Assembly (NCBI GenBank): GCA_040954595.2
Contig: CM082598.2
Coordinates: forward strand, 9,997,097-10,061,096
Reading direction: 5' to 3'
From: Balanoglossus misakiensis
Taxonomy: Eukaryota; Animalia; Hemichordata
Length of the DNA: 64,000 bases
The translations under genes and the position numbers were made by a program. Below the pieces are notes generated by a model that saw nothing but the letters and a program-made list of their open reading frames with translations, was not told where the DNA came from and did not search any database. Within the stretch, counting starts at the first letter, position 1, and the number at the start of each line of letters is the position of its first letter. Shown here piece by piece: positions 47,601-62,945 of the stretch.

Positions 47601-50600
47601 GCTGTTGACTGGTATACCAAAGGACTGCACAAACAAGACCAACTGAGCTGGTTCCAAGTCTTCCAGGGCTGAAAAAAATGACAAATTCAGGATGAAAACA
47701 ACAAAAGTTTGGTGAGAAAAGATCCCAAGTTGAATTGACACACAGATTGGCAGATATTTCCACGAAATATCACACGTAAATGGTGCAACAACAGATTAAC
47801 CGATCAGGCCATGACAAATACTGCACCTCTTCACAAAAACTGCTGGGTTGCAATTTATAGCATAAAATTACTGTAAAACAGGAAATTTTTGTGATATCAC
47901 AAGAGAGCTGACTATTCCATTGCTCACATTGTTTCTTTGCGACCATTTATTTTCACGTTTTTTGGCTCTCACGAAATTCGCAAAAATTTCCCCTTTTACA
48001 ATAGTATGGTTGGATCTATACAATGTATACATTGAATGGGGATGAACACTGGACAGTGGAGCATTCTATATTAAAATTTGGGAAAACATTGAAGCCATAT
48101 TAAGGTCATACTTGATTAAGCTGAAAGTCGGCACAGAATAAATTTGAAATTCAATTGGCTACAAAAATTGACTTTTCTGCCATTCTGAGATCTCCATGCT
48201 GAGCTCAATTATGTTGCTGCTTCATATAGTGGTCAGCAATAAAAACTTACTACTGTTACAGTGGTTATACATGTAACTCTTATTAAATGTTTTTTTTTCT
48301 TGTTTTATCATGAAATCTGACAATATCACGAAATCTGACTGTGGGTGGCACGACAGAATAAAACTGGTTTTCGTCTCAACTTTTGTACATGTAGTGATAC
48401 AATGAAAGAATGACAGAGAAACTGCTAACAGACAGATTATTATATATTTTTTTACCTTTTCATGTCACTTTTATAAAACACTGCATGGCAACAAATGTGA
48501 ACCATGAACAATTTGCAAGACAATGAACTAGAAGTTGAACGAGATTTGAAGACCTGCTCTGGAAGTAATTGATTGACACTCACCCATGAGTAAGATTCCG
48601 CATGGGGCTGTGTGGCTTTCTTCAAGTAATTGTAGAATATATGTAACATGGATGTCAGTGTACATAGTGTTGGTCTGGTCGGCACTGGTGTCTCTACACA
48701 GCATGGAGCTGAGTATGGTGGGCCTTTCTACAATCAACTGAGCTAAATGTGACAATGTGTAATTAAAGAGAAATATACAGTCAGTGGAGTAAAGGGTATA
48801 ACACAATCATACTGATGGAATTCTCACTACCTGAAATAGGTTTTTGCTACCTAGGTGAGTGATGAATAAAGGTCTAATGTCCTCTCTGATATAACATACT
48901 AGTGTATGGTAAATGTCTTTCAGAGATCTACACATTAAAGGGACAAACTCTCTACAGTTAATTCATTTTGGGGAGATTTTTACTCTCATATCCTACAAAC
49001 GGGATGGAAGTTGTGTGTGGTCGAACATTGATTCACTATATATCCACATGTAGAATAACATAAATGGTGTCTTGTATCAAACATAATGTATGGAAAAAGG
49101 GCAGCGAGAGAGAGACTTTGTCCCTTTAAATATCATAGCTGGCATACAGTTATAAATATGCATTTTTTGATTTATGTCTTGCAAGTACAAAACTGTTCTT
49201 TATTAAAAAGAAATACAGACAAGGTGATCCCAGGAACATAAAACCCAAAACTCAAAGCTACCAGACAGATGAGTCTTGAGATAAACTTGGACTTACTTGT
49301 CAATCAATCTGGACTGCTCTTGTAACAACAACTCACTCAATGCTTCACTGGTGCTGGATGATTTTGTTGGCACTTGCATAGCAACAGATAAGGCTTTATT
49401 CAGAAACTCTTCTAGTTGGCTGGAATTGGCGCCTGTCAGCTGGTGATACACTGCATATGGTGCAAAGTCAAACAAAATTCACCCAATCATAAAATGTATC
49501 ATTAACATGATCATACCATAAAAAATGTGAATGAATTACAATTATAGCGTGCGCATATTGAATCATACGAAATCACACCAAATAACGCGAGACTTAGAAA
49601 TAACATTACATGTGTATGGTGCCACTTAAACGACACCATTTATTCTTTTTGAGCCTAAATCATGTTTTAGACTTTACCTTTCTATAACATGTCTCTATCT
49701 ACAGCCATCCGTCCCTCAGTGACGGCTTCAATGATTTCACTCACTTCATCCAAGTTGCCACCACTGGCTTTGATGGGACTTTTCTCACTGCTCAGGGATT
49801 TCGCTGGAAGGAAGGACGTAAGACTGGAATTAAGGCATACGTCCCTACATAAAGGGAGGACATTTGGACATGATACCACAAATGGTTAATGGAGTTTCTG
49901 GGAAGGTTTTCAAATTCCAGGAATTTCCAGGAGTGTACGAATCCAGTTAAGAATTCTTTATGTCATGTGATCTGGCCATGTGACCTCCAGCATTGTCATT
50001 TCCAGGTGACGGCAAACAACATAGTGGCATCCAGTAAAAGTTTTCCACGTATGTAAGTACTTAAGAACCGCCAGACATGTAACATGTATCAGGTATAGTA
50101 CCTCATCAGCCTCATGGCATTTTGTCTGCACAGTCTTTGTCTGCACCACGTTGCTGAAGTTGCCTGTCATCTGGAAAATTGAATGCCAATGTATTTGCGC
50201 TTGAGCTCGTCTGGCGTCTTTTGATATCAAAGAATAAATGCATTGTACAAACTTGAAACTATGTAGAATTTTTCTATTTATCCTGTGTGATATAGTGAAA
50301 ACGCTCAAGTTACAGTTTGTGTATGGTTTTGAGAATTATTTCACTGCTTGAGGTAAGTGAAATAAACAGCTCACCTTGTTGTCTGTTGACTTTTTCATAC
50401 TGGTTGAGAAGTTTTGTAAACACACTGTTTTCAGACTTTGATGAACTCAAAATTGCAGACACTAGCTGGACAAATCTCATCATATCTTCCTTCTTTTCAA
50501 GATGTTTCTAAATGATATAAAGGAGTGAGAGTGAGAATTGTGCATGATTATGTCAGTTTTGAACTTTCATGTCTGTTTTGGACTGAGAGCTGTTGAATGA

Positions 50601-50914
50601 GAGAGAGAGAGGGAGAGAGAGATCGCGCTCGAACAATCAGGGGGTCACGCAGACGTAATCTTTTCATTGGCGTGATACTGATATCACCACGTAACTTGCA
50701 ATTCCCAAGAGTGCGACTGTACGTACGTAAACTGTATCAAATTCAACTCATTCACGTCATATGAGAGGAGGTATACCGTGCGAATGCGAGCGCTGGGGGA
50801 ACCGGGTACCGCCTACTTGAAATGGACCTCTTCCCTTAGTGAAGTCAAATAATCATAATTATCTATCATGTAAGAAGTCAAAAATGTAAGAGAATGTTTT
50901 AATAAATATGTCAA
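44607..50914 (-). repeat. Array unit 5 (short type + Kolobok insertion + ~445-bp deletion)
   Basis: Insertion at 46659-47391; junctions at ~48748 and ~49668. Confidence 0.9.
46659..47391. mobile_element. 733-bp non-autonomous Kolobok-type element (TTAA TSD, TIR GGTGGCA(T/C)TGCATG)
   Basis: Empty site GACTTAATTATA in other units; here ttaa|GGTGGCATTGCATG...CATGCAGTGCCACC|ttaa. Confidence 0.9.
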
Positions 50915-53900
50915 CTTATTATTTATATTCCCCTGTATATATTCCCCTGTAAATGTCTCATAATTTGAGGAATAATATTTTGGAAGCTGAACGGAAGTTG
51001 CAACTCAAATCAAATTTCAACTTCTCCAATATATGGAATAACACTATAAGCCTACTGACTTGAGAAACTCAAATTGAATTTCAAATTCTCGAACAAACGA
51101 AAATATGTTTGAATGTAAGTAATCTTACTATAAAATTGACATGCAATTACCTGTGCGTTCTAAAGGACATATGGCGGCGCTCTTTTTTTCGCGTGCGCCA
51201 CGCACTGAAAATCTGTGATTGGCTAGATCTCAAGTTTACCATGGTAACTGTAGTTAAATTACCATAGGTGACAATATACCTTAACATATCATATTTCTTC
51301 TGGGAAGTGTAATTGTTTTAAGATCAAATATTACATGTACATACCAATTGTATGCCTCTCAGATATTGTCTTTCCGTTGATGCACTCACTTTGTGCTCAC
51401 CAATACTGAATAGCTGTAAATATAATCAAAGGAGAAGAAATCACTCACTCATTAGCAATGATACTGCAAAAGTGGAAGTGACTGATTTTGAGTCTGAAGT
51501 TGGAAAAGAGTCCCAGTACAGTGTAGAGAGGTTTCCAGATTAGGTAGATTTTGCTGTCCAACCATTTTCACACAACGGCCATAAAACTTAAAGAAGAACT
51601 ATTAAATTACCCAGCCTGATAAGTTTTGTGGTGTTTGGAAAGTCGTCCATGTCTGATGACACAAGATCAGCTTTTGATTGTAACATGAGACATGATCAGT
51701 TGTGTTTTGGTTCAAAAGAACATGACCTGGTTTAAGAAGCCTTGCAACTTCAGGTGACTACAGAAGGAGCTATACTGTGCCCATTGGCCTTGATTTGACT
51801 GAGAAACCATGATTTACTGAAAAGCCACTTGGAAAAGGGTCCACTTTATTTCTAAACCAAACTTACCTTCAGGAAGATCATCTTGGCTGACTCTTGACTA
51901 TCTACAGTGACTTTTCTTTCATCCATCTTGGCTGCAACATCTTTCTTTTCATCCACCTGCATTGCCTCACTTTTCTCCTCTTTCTTTTCCTCATCTGCAA
52001 ATAAAAATTGTGTTATGTCCAGGAAATATTATTTACTTTCTGAGAAGAAACTGGAATATCTAGCTTTGCAAATCAGTTAGTGAAATAAGAGAACGCAAAC
52101 AATTAATTGTCATGAAATAGTCACCTCTGTTAATATCGCGAAAAATTTCCCATCACAAAAATTACCAAGATTACAGTAACCTAAAAATATAAAATCCTAA
52201 TAATGTCCAAAGTTGAAGAATTCTATATGTATGACTTAACTTTTGAGACACTATTTCACAACACAAATACTAGTACCTTTGTTCTCTTTATCCAGGAATG
52301 AATTTTTTTCCACCTTCTGCTCCTCTCATCTGTTGAACTTCCACTAACTGAGCCATGTATCCTTTGTCAACCACAGCCTGTTCCATACTGTACAGATCTT
52401 GTCTGCAGGCCATGTCGAGATGCTGCAGTAGTTTGCTGTGAAAAGAAACAGAAGTGTTACATGTGTATGTGTGTTACAGGGCCAGATCACGGCACATCAT
52501 GACAAAATCTTTGTGAATATGGTGCTAGCATCATGTTTATAGCAGATCATGTGTATTCATACTTGTGGGCCAAATGACCTTAATATGTGGTTTGTTGTAT
52601 GACTTAAGGTGGCATTTCATGAAAAGTTGTGATTTTTGCCAAATTTTACTTTTTTACATAAATCGGTAGGCCTAATACTGACCCACAACCTGACTAATAC
52701 GTCTTGGCGGAAATGGTGCATAATCACCCCAAAATAGCACTTTTCTGAATGAGTTCACAGCTTAACAAATAGGTGTCAACAATGCAAATAGCCGTTTTTC
52801 TCAGTTTGCATTTTCGCTGCTCTTGACAACTTCGGACTAAAATAGCTTCGCCCTGCGTTGGCCGAATTTGCTCAAATTTTGATAGGGAATTGTGTATGAC
52901 CCATCCAACAAAACGCTAGTTTTGTTTGTCGATAAAGTGTCCCTGGCGGGAATAAACTCTGATTCAATACAACTCACCGTGAATTTGATCAAATTTTCTG
53001 AAAATCTAACTTTTAAACGCTGTTACTCCTCAATGGAAGCAGATAACGCAAAACAAAATTAGCGTTTTTTTGCACGTGTACTCTAGTTTTGAATGACATA
53101 TTAAGATGCAAGATGCATGGTCAACTTTTTTACCTATTTTAAATTTCATGACATAATATCAAAAAATGTTTTTTTTCACCCCAAATCGCCACCATTTCCG
53201 GGGATCAATAATATTTGCAACTCAAACAAAAGTTCAAAATCTCAGCTTCCAGAATATATATGGTTTATGGGGGTTTTAACTTTTTCTTTGATGAGAAATA
53301 GGCCTCTGAAAAAGTCTCGACGGTTGCATGCAGTGCCACCTTAATTATAACACACACACCCAGTATTTTTAATAGTCCTGCTTGAAAGATCACAGAGTGT
53401 CTTTGGCTACTGAAAAGCACCACCACAATGAGAGATAACTCACAACACCGAAGAGTAAATCTCTAAAGTTGTAATTTAAACCAAGTATGGAAATTGGGAT
53501 GTACGGTAGCTTTGATGAGGAATAATTCTAGAGTTACAACATACCTCATGCTGTTGACTGGTATACCAAAGGACTGCACAAACAAGACCAACTGAGCTGG
53601 TTCCAAGTCTTCCAGGGCTGAAAAAAATGACAAATTCAGGATGAAAACAACAAAAGTTTGGTGAGAAAAGATCCCAAGTTGAATTGACACACAGATTGGC
53701 AGATATTTCCACGAAATATCACATGTAAATGGTGCAACAACAGATTAACCGATCAGGCCATGACAAATACTGCACCTCTTCACAAAAACTGCTGGGTTGC
53801 AATTTATAGCATAAAATTACTGTAAAACAGGAAATTTTTGTGATATCACAAGAGAGCTGACTATTCCATTGCTCACATTGTTTCTTTGCGACCATTTATT

Positions 53901-56900
53901 TTCACGTTTTTTGGCTCTCACGAAATTCGCAAAAATTTCCCCTTTTACAATAGTATGGTTGGATCTATACAATGTATACATTGAATGGGGATGAACACTG
54001 GACAGTGGAGCATTCTATATTAAAATTTGGGAAAACATTGAAGCCATATTAAGGTCATACTTGATTAAGCTGAAAGTCGGCACAGAATCAATTTGAAATT
54101 CAATTGGCTACAAAAATTGACTTTTCTGCCATTCTGAGATCTCCATGCTGAGCTCAATTATGTTGCTGCTTCATATAGTGGTCTTCTTCAAGTAATTGTA
54201 GAATATATGTAACATGGATGTCAGTGTACATAGTGTTGGTCTGGTCGGCACTGGTGTCTCTACACAGCATGGAGCTGAGTATGGTGGGCCTTTCTACAAT
54301 CAACTGAGCTAAATGTGACAATGTGTAATTAAAGAGAAATATACAGTCAGTGGAGTAAAGGGTATAACACAATCATACTGATGGAATTCTCACTACCTGA
54401 AATAGGTTTTTGCTACCTAGGTGAGTGATGAATAAAGGTCTAATGTCCTCTCTGATATAACATACTAGTGTATGGTAAATGTCTTTCAGAGATCTACACA
54501 TTAAAGGGACAAACTCTCTACAGTTAATTCATTTTGGGGAGATTTTTACTCTCATATCCTACAAACGGGATGGAAGTTGTGTGTGGTCGAACATTGATTC
54601 ACTATATATCCACATGTAGAATAACATAAATGGTGTCTTGTATCAAACATAATGTATGGAAAAAGGGCAGCGAGAGAGAGACTTTGTCCCTTTAAATATC
54701 ATAGCTGGCATACAGTTATAAATATGCATTTTTTGATTTATGTCTTGCAAGTACAAAACTGTTCTTTATTAAAAAGAAATACAGACAAGGTGATCCCAGG
54801 AACATAAAACCCAAAACTCAAAGCTACCAGACAGATGAGTCTTGAGATAAACTTGGACTTACTTGTCAATCAATCTGGACTGCTCTTGTAACAACAACTC
54901 ACTCAATGCTTCACTGGTGCTGGATGATTTTGTTGGCACTTGCATAGCAACAGATAAGGCTTTATTCAGAAACTCTTCTAGTTGGCTGGAATTGGCGCCT
55001 GTCAGCTGGTGATACACTGCATATGGTGCAAAGTCAAACAAAATTCACCCAATCATAAAATGTATCATTAACATGATCATACCATAAAAAATGTGAATGA
55101 ATTACAATTATAGCGTGCGCATATTGAATCATACGAAATCACACCAAATAACGCGAGACTTAGAAATAACATTACATGTGTATGGTGCCACTTAAACGAC
55201 ACCATTTATTCTTTTTGAGCCTAAATCATGTTTAACCACAACTAGACAACCACAATGACCTTGTGAGAATGAAACCCACCAATAAATACATGTAGATAAT
55301 CTGAAGCTATCACAGAAACAGAATGTCTTTGACAAAGTATTGCAAAGCCTTCAGTTGACCGCGAAAAAGTTGACGAAGCATGCATGTGGAAAGTGGAGTG
55401 TTGATAACAATGTGAATATATGCACGATAGCTTGCTGCGCTCGCACTCAGGTCAAACCTGTTACATATTACCAAAAATGTGGATCTATATAATTAACATT
55501 GGGTCCGTTCCTTCTTATCCCACTCGTGTTTCTGTTTGTTTGGTGAGAATATCTAATAGGTTAGCCCCTTTCACTCCCAGTTCCTTCTTTAGAGGTCCAA
55601 CCTTACCATAGAAAACGATGGGTTTGGACTGGAACATGGCGGTGAAAGGGTTCAGGTGCTTGAGGGAGTGTTAAAAATGCAGACTTTACCTTTCTATAAC
55701 ATGTCTCTATCTACAGCCATCCGTCCCTCAGTGACGGCTTCAATGATTTCACTCACTTCATCCAAGTTGCCACCACTGGCTTTGATGGGACTTTTCTCAC
55801 TGCTCAGGGATTTCGCTGGAAGGAAGGACGTAAGACTGGAATTAAGGCATACGTCCCTACATAAAGGGAGGACATTTGGACATGATACCACAAATGGTTA
55901 ATGGAGTTTCTGGGAAGGTTTTCAAATTCCAGGAATTTCCAGGAGTGTACGAATCCAGTTAAGAATTCTTTATGTCATGTGATCTGGCCATGTGACCTCC
56001 AGCATTGTCATTTCCAGGTGACGGCAAACAACATAGTGGCATCCAGTAAAAGTTTTCCACGTATGTAAGTACTTAAGAACCGCCAGACATGTAACATGTA
56101 TCAGGTATAGTACCTCATCAGCCTCATGGCATTTTGTCTGCACAGTCTTTGTCTGCACCACGTTGCTGAAGTTGCCTGTCATCTGGAAAATTGAATGCCA
56201 ACATATTTGCGCTTGAGCGCGTCTGGCGTCTTTTGATATCAAAGAATAAATGCATTGTACAAACTTGAAACTATGTAGAATTTTTCTATTTATCCTGTGT
56301 GATATAGTGAAAACGCTCAAGTTACAGTTTGTGTATGGTTTTGAGAATTATTTCACTGCTTAAGGTAAGTGAAATAAACAGCTCACCTTGTTGTCTGTTG
56401 ACTTTTTCATACTGGTTGAGAAGTTTTGTAAACACACTGTTTTCAGACTTTGATGAACTCAAAATTGCAGACACTAGCTGGACAAATCTCATCATATCTT
56501 CCTTCTTTTCAAGATGTTTCTAAATGATATAAAGGAGTGAGAGTGAGAATTGTGCATGATTATGTCAGTTTTGAACTTTCATGTCTGTTTTGGACTGAGA
56601 GCTGTTGAATGAGAGAGAGAGAGGGAGAGAGAGATCGCGCTCGAACAATCAGGGGGTCACGCAGACGTAATCTTTTCATTGGCGTGATACTGATATCACC
56701 ACGTAACTTGCAATTCCCAAGAGTGCGACTGTACGTACGTAAACTGTATCAAATTCAACTCATTCACGTCATATGAGAGGAGGTATACCGTGCGAATGCA
56801 AGCGCTGGGGGAACCGGGTACCGCCTACTTGAAATGGACCTCTTCCCTTAGTGAAGTCAAATAATCATAATTATCTATCATGTAAGAAGTCAAAAATGTA

Positions 56901-56926
56901 AGAGAATGTTTTAATAAATATGTCAA
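50915..56926 (-). repeat. Array unit 6 (short type + Kolobok insertion + two ~370-bp deletions)
   Basis: Junctions at ~51154, ~54183 and ~54314; insertion at 52608-53340. Confidence 0.9.
52608..53340. mobile_element. Same 733-bp Kolobok-type element at the equivalent site of unit 6
   Basis: Identical insertion point and length; a few SNPs relative to the unit-5 copy. Confidence 0.9.
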
Positions 56927-59900
56927 CTTATTATTTATATTCCCCTGTATATATTCCCCTGTAAATGTCTCATAATTTGAGGAATAATATTTTGGAAGCT
57001 GAACGGAAGTTGCAACTCAAATCAAATTTCAACTTCTCCAATATATGGAATAACACTATAAGCCTACTGACTTGAGAAACTCAAATTGAATTTCAAATTC
57101 TCGAACAAACGAAAATATGTTTGAATGTAAGTAATCTTACTATAAAATTGACATGCAATTACCTGTCGTTGGTGAAGCAAACTGAACAATGGACATGACA
57201 AATGATGTTTTCTGTGTAGATTATAAATAAACTGACTCTCATCACTTGATGTTAGGATTTCTTGCATTGCCAGAATGATGTGATCACCAGAATTCTCTGA
57301 TGAATCAAACAATTTCAGCCTGGAGATTTCCCTGGACAGTGTCTGTGTGAGAAATGATGGCAAAATATTAATATCATTTATTAGGAAACCTGGCCAGTCA
57401 CTGAGAAATCTGTCGGCCTTTACAAAGTATAGTTCATAATCTTCTCATAAAATGATAAAGTTGCCGCAAAGGTATACAGTCACCTATAATTTACATACGC
57501 CCATATATGGCTGAAATGGCGTATTTGAGCGTTCTAAAGGACATATGGCGGCGCTCTTTTTTTCGCGTGTGCCACCCACTGAAAATCTGTGATTGGCTAG
57601 ATCTCAAGTTTACCATGGTAACTGTAGTTAAATTACCATAGGTGACAATATACCTTAACATATCATATTTCTTCTGGGAAGTGTAATTGTTTTAAGATCA
57701 AATATTACATGTACATACCAATTGTATGCCTCTCAGATATTGTCTTTCCGTTGATGCACTCACTTTGTGCTCACCAATACTGAATAGCTGTAAATATAAT
57801 CAAAGGAGAAGAAATCACTCACTCATTAGCAATGATACTGCAAAAGTGGAAGTGACTGATTTTGAGTATGAAGTTGGAAAAGAGTCCCAGTACAGTGTAG
57901 AGAGGTTTCCAGATTAGGTAGATTTTGCTGTCCAACCATTTTCACACAACGGCCATAAAACTTAAAGAAGAACTATTAAATTACCCAGCCTGATAAGTTT
58001 TGTGGTGTTTGGAAAGTCGTCCATGTCTGATGACACAAGATCAGCTTTTGATTGTAACATGAGACATGATCAGTTGTGTTTTGGTTCAAAAGAACATGAC
58101 CTGGTTTAAGAAGCCTTGCAACTTCAGGTGACTACAGAAGGAGCTATACTGTGCCCATTGGCCTTGATTTGACTGAGAAACCATGATTTACTGAAAAGCC
58201 ACTTGGAAAAGGGTCCACTTTATTTCTAAACCAAACTTACCTTCAGGAAGATCATCTTGGCTGACTCTTGACTATCTACAGTGACTTTTCTTGCATCCAT
58301 CTTGGCTGCAACATCTTTCTTTTCATCCACCTGCATTGCCTCACTTTTCTCCTCTTTCTTTTCCTCATCTGCAAATAAAAATTGTGTTATGTCCAGGAAA
58401 TATTATTTACTTTCTGAGAAGAAACTGGAATATCTAGCTTTGCAAATCAGTTAGTGAAATAAGAGAACGCAAACAATTAATTGTCATGAAATAGTCACCT
58501 CTGTTAATATCGCGAAAAATTTCCCATCACAAAAATTACCAAGATTACAGTAACCTAAAAATATAAAATCCTAATAATGTCCAAAGTTGAAGAATTCTAT
58601 ATGTATGACTTAACTTTTGAGACACTATTTCACAACACAAATACTAGTACCTTTGTTCTCTTTATCCAGGAATGAATTTTTTTCCACCTTCTGCTCCTCT
58701 CATCTGTTGAACTTCCACTAACTGAGCCATGTATCCTTTGTAAACCACAGCCTGTTCCATACTGTACAGATCTTGTCTGCAGGCCATGTCGAGATGCTGC
58801 AGTAGTTTGCTGTGAAAAGAAACAGAAGTGTTACATGTGTATGTGTGTTACAGGGCCAGATCACGGCACATCATGACAAAATCTTTGTGAATATGGTGCT
58901 AGCATCATGTTTATAGCAGATCATGTGTATTCATACTTGTGGGCCAAATGACCTTAATATGTGGTTTGTTGTATGACTTAATTATAACACACACACCCAG
59001 TTTTTTTAATAGTCCTGCTTGAAAGATCACAGAGTGTCTTTGGCTACTGAAAAGCACCACCACAATGAGAGATAACTCACAACACCGAAGAGTAAATCTC
59101 TAAAGTTGTAATTTAAACCAAGTATGGAAATTGGGATGTACGGTAGCTTTGATGAGGAATAATTCTAGAGTTACAACATACCTCATGCTGTTGACTGGTA
59201 TACCAAAGGACTGCACAAACAAGACCAACTGAGCTGGTTCCAAGTCTTCCAGGGCTGAAAAAAATGACAAATTCAGGATGAAAACAACAAAAGTTTGGTG
59301 AGAAAAGATCCCAAGTTGAATTGACACACAGATTGGCAGATATTTCCACGAAATATCACATGTAAATGGTGCAACAACAGATTAACCGATCAGGCCATGA
59401 CAAATACTGCACCTCTTCACAAAAACTGCTGGGTTGCAATTTATAGCATAAAATTACTGTAAAACAGGAAATTTTTGTGATATCACAAGAGAGCTGACTA
59501 TTCCATTGCTCACATTGTTTCTTTGCGACCATTTATTTTCACGTTTTTTGGCTCTCACGAAATTCGCAAAAATTTCCCCTTTTACAATAGTATGGTTGGA
59601 TCTATACAATGTATACATTGAATGGGGATGAACACTGGACAGTGGAGCATTCTATATTAAAATTTGGGAAAACATTGAAGCCATATTAAGGTCATACTTG
59701 ATTAAGCTGAAAGTCGGCACAGAATAAATTTGAAATTCAATTGGCTACAAAAATTGACTTTTCTGCCATTCTGAGATCTCCATGCTGAGCTCAATTATGT
59801 TGCTGCTTCATATAGTGGTCAGCAATAAAAACTTACTACTGTTACAGTGGTTATACATGTAACTCTTATTAAATGTTTTTTTTCTTGTTTTATCATGAAA

Positions 59901-62900
59901 TCTGACAATATCACGAAATCTGACTGTGGGTAGCAGGACAGAATAAAACTGGTTTTCGTCTCAACTTTTGTACATGTAGTGATACAATGAAAGAATGACA
60001 GAGAAACTGCTAACAGACAGATTATTATATATTTTTTTACCTTTTCATGTCACTTTTATAAAACACTGCATGGCAACAAATGTGAACCATGAACAATTTG
60101 CAAGACAATGAACTAGAAGTTGAACGAGATTTGAAGACCTGCTCTGGAAGTAATTGATTGACACTCACCCATGAGTAAGATTCCGCATGGGGCTGTGTGG
60201 CTTTCTTCAAGTAATTGTAGAATATATGTAACATGGATGTCAGTGTACATAGTGTTGGTCTGGTCGGCACTGGTGTCTCTACACAGCATGGAGCTGAGTA
60301 TGGTGGGCCTTTCTACAATCAACTGAGCTAAATGTGACAATGTGTAATTAAAGAGAAATATACAGTCAGTGGAGTAAAGGGTATAACACAATCATACTGA
60401 TGGAATTCTCACTACCTGAAATGGGTTTTTGCTACCTAGGTGAGTGATGAATAAAGGTCTAATGTCCTCTCTGATATAACATACTAGTGTATGGTAAATG
60501 TCTTTCAGAGATCTACACATTAAAGGGACAAACTCTCTACAGTTAATTCATTTTGGGGAGATTTTTACTCTCATATCCTACAAACGGGATGGAAGTTGTG
60601 TGTGGTCGAACATTGATTCACTATATATCCACATGTAGAATAACATAAATGGTGTCTTGTATCAAACATAATGTATGGAAAAAGGGCAGCGAGAGAGAGA
60701 CTTTGTCCCTTTAAATATCATAGCTGGCATACAGTTATAAATATGCATTTTTTGATTTATGTCTTGCAAGTACAAAACTGTTCTTTATTAAAAAGAAATA
60801 CAGACAAGGTGATCCCAGGAACATAAAACCCAAAACTCAAAGCTACCAGACAGATGAGTCTTGAGATAAACGTGGACTTACTTGTCAATCAATCTGGACT
60901 GCTCTTGTAACAACAACTCACTCAATGCTTCACTGGTGCTGGATGATTTTGTTGGCACTTGCATAGCAACAGATAAGGCTTTATTCAGAAACTCTTCTAG
61001 TTGGCTGGAATTGGCGCCTGTCAGCTGGTGATACACTGCATATGGTGCAAAGTCAAACAAAATTCACCCAATCATAAAATGTATCATTAACATGATCATA
61101 CCATAAAAAATGTGAATGAATTACAATTATAGCGTGCGCATATTGAATCATACGAAATCACACCAAATAACGCGAGACTTAGAAATAACATTACATGTGT
61201 ATGGTGCCACTTAAACGACACCATTTATTCTTTTTGAGCCTAAATCATGTTTAACCACAACTAGACAACCACAATGACCTTGTGAGAATGAAACCCACCA
61301 ATAAATACATGTAGATAATCTGAAGCTATCACAGAAACAGAATGTCTTTGACAAAGTATTGCAAAGCCTTCAGTTGACCGCGAAAAAGTTGACGAAGCAT
61401 GCATGTGGAAAGTGGAGTGTTGATAACAATGTGAATATATGCACGATAGCTTGCTGCGCTCGCACTCAGGTCAAACCTGTTACATATTACCAAAAATGTG
61501 GATCTATATAATTAACATTGGGTCCGTTCCTTCTTATCCCACTCGTGTTTCTGTTTGTTTGGTGAGAATATCTAATAGGTTAGCCCCTTTCACTCCCAGT
61601 TCCTTCTTTAGAGGTCCAACCTTACCATAGAAAACGATGGGTTTGGACTGGAACATGGCGGTGAAAGGGTTCAGGTGCTTGAGGGAGTGTTAAAAATGCA
61701 GACTTTACCTTTCTATAACATGTCTCTATCTACAGCCATCCGTCCCTCAGTGACGGCTTCAATGATTTCACTCACTTCATCCAAGTTGCCACCACTGGCT
61801 TTGATGGGACTTTTCTCACTGCTCAGGGATTTCGCTGGAAGGAAGGACGTAAGACTGGAATTAAGGCATACGTCCCTACATAAAGGGAGGACATTTGGAC
61901 ATGATACCACAAATGGTTAATGGAGTTTCTGGGAAGGTTTTCAAATTCCAGGAATTTCCAGGAGTGTACGAATCCAGTTAAGAATTCTTTATGTCATGTG
62001 ATCTGGCCATGTGACCTGCAGCATTGTCATTTCCAGGTGACGGCAAACAACATAGTGGCATCCAGTAAAAGTTTTCCACGTATGTAAGTACTTAAGAACC
62101 GCCAGACATGTAACATGTATCAGGTATAGTACCTCATCAGCCTCATGGCATTTTGTCTGCACAGTCTTTGTCTGCACCACGTTGCTGAAGTTGCCTGTCA
62201 TCTGGAAAATTGAATGCCAACGTATTTGCGCTTGAGCGCGTCTGGCGTCTTTTGATATCAAAGAATAAATGCATTTTACAAACTTGAAAGTATGTAGAAT
62301 TTTTCTATTTATCCTGTGTGATATAGTGAAAACGCTCAAGTTACAGTTTGTGTATGGTTTTGAGAATTATTTCACTGCTTGAGGTAAGTGAAATAAACAG
62401 CTCACCTTGTTGTCTGTTGACTTTTTCATACTGGTTGAGAAGTTTTGTAAACACACTGTTTTCAGACTTTGATGAACTCAAAATTGCAGACACTAGCTGG
62501 ACAAATCTCATCATATCTTCCTTCTTTTCAAGATGTTTCTAAATGATATAAAGGAGTGAGAGTGAGAATTGTGCATGATTATGTCAGTTTTGAACTTTCA
62601 TGTCTGTTTTGGACTGAGAGCTGTTGAATGAGAGAGAGAGAGGGAGAGAGAGATCGCGCTCGAACAATCAGGGGGTCACGCAGACGTAATCTTTTCATTG
62701 GCGTGATACTGATATCACCACGTAACTTGCAATTCCCAAGAGTGCGACTGTACGTACGTAAACTGTATCAAATTCAACTCATTCACGTCATATGAGAGGA
62801 GGTATACCGTGCGAATGCAAGCGCTGGGGGAACCGGGTACCGCCTACTTGAAATGGACCTCTTCCCTTAGTGAAGTCAAATAATCATAATTATCTATCAT

Positions 62901-62945
62901 GTAAGAAGTCAAAAATGTAAGAGAATGTTTTAATAAATATGTCAA
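56927..62945 (-). repeat. Array unit 7 (canonical 6019-bp short type)
   Basis: Exact 6019-bp periodicity with flanking copies. Confidence 0.9.
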
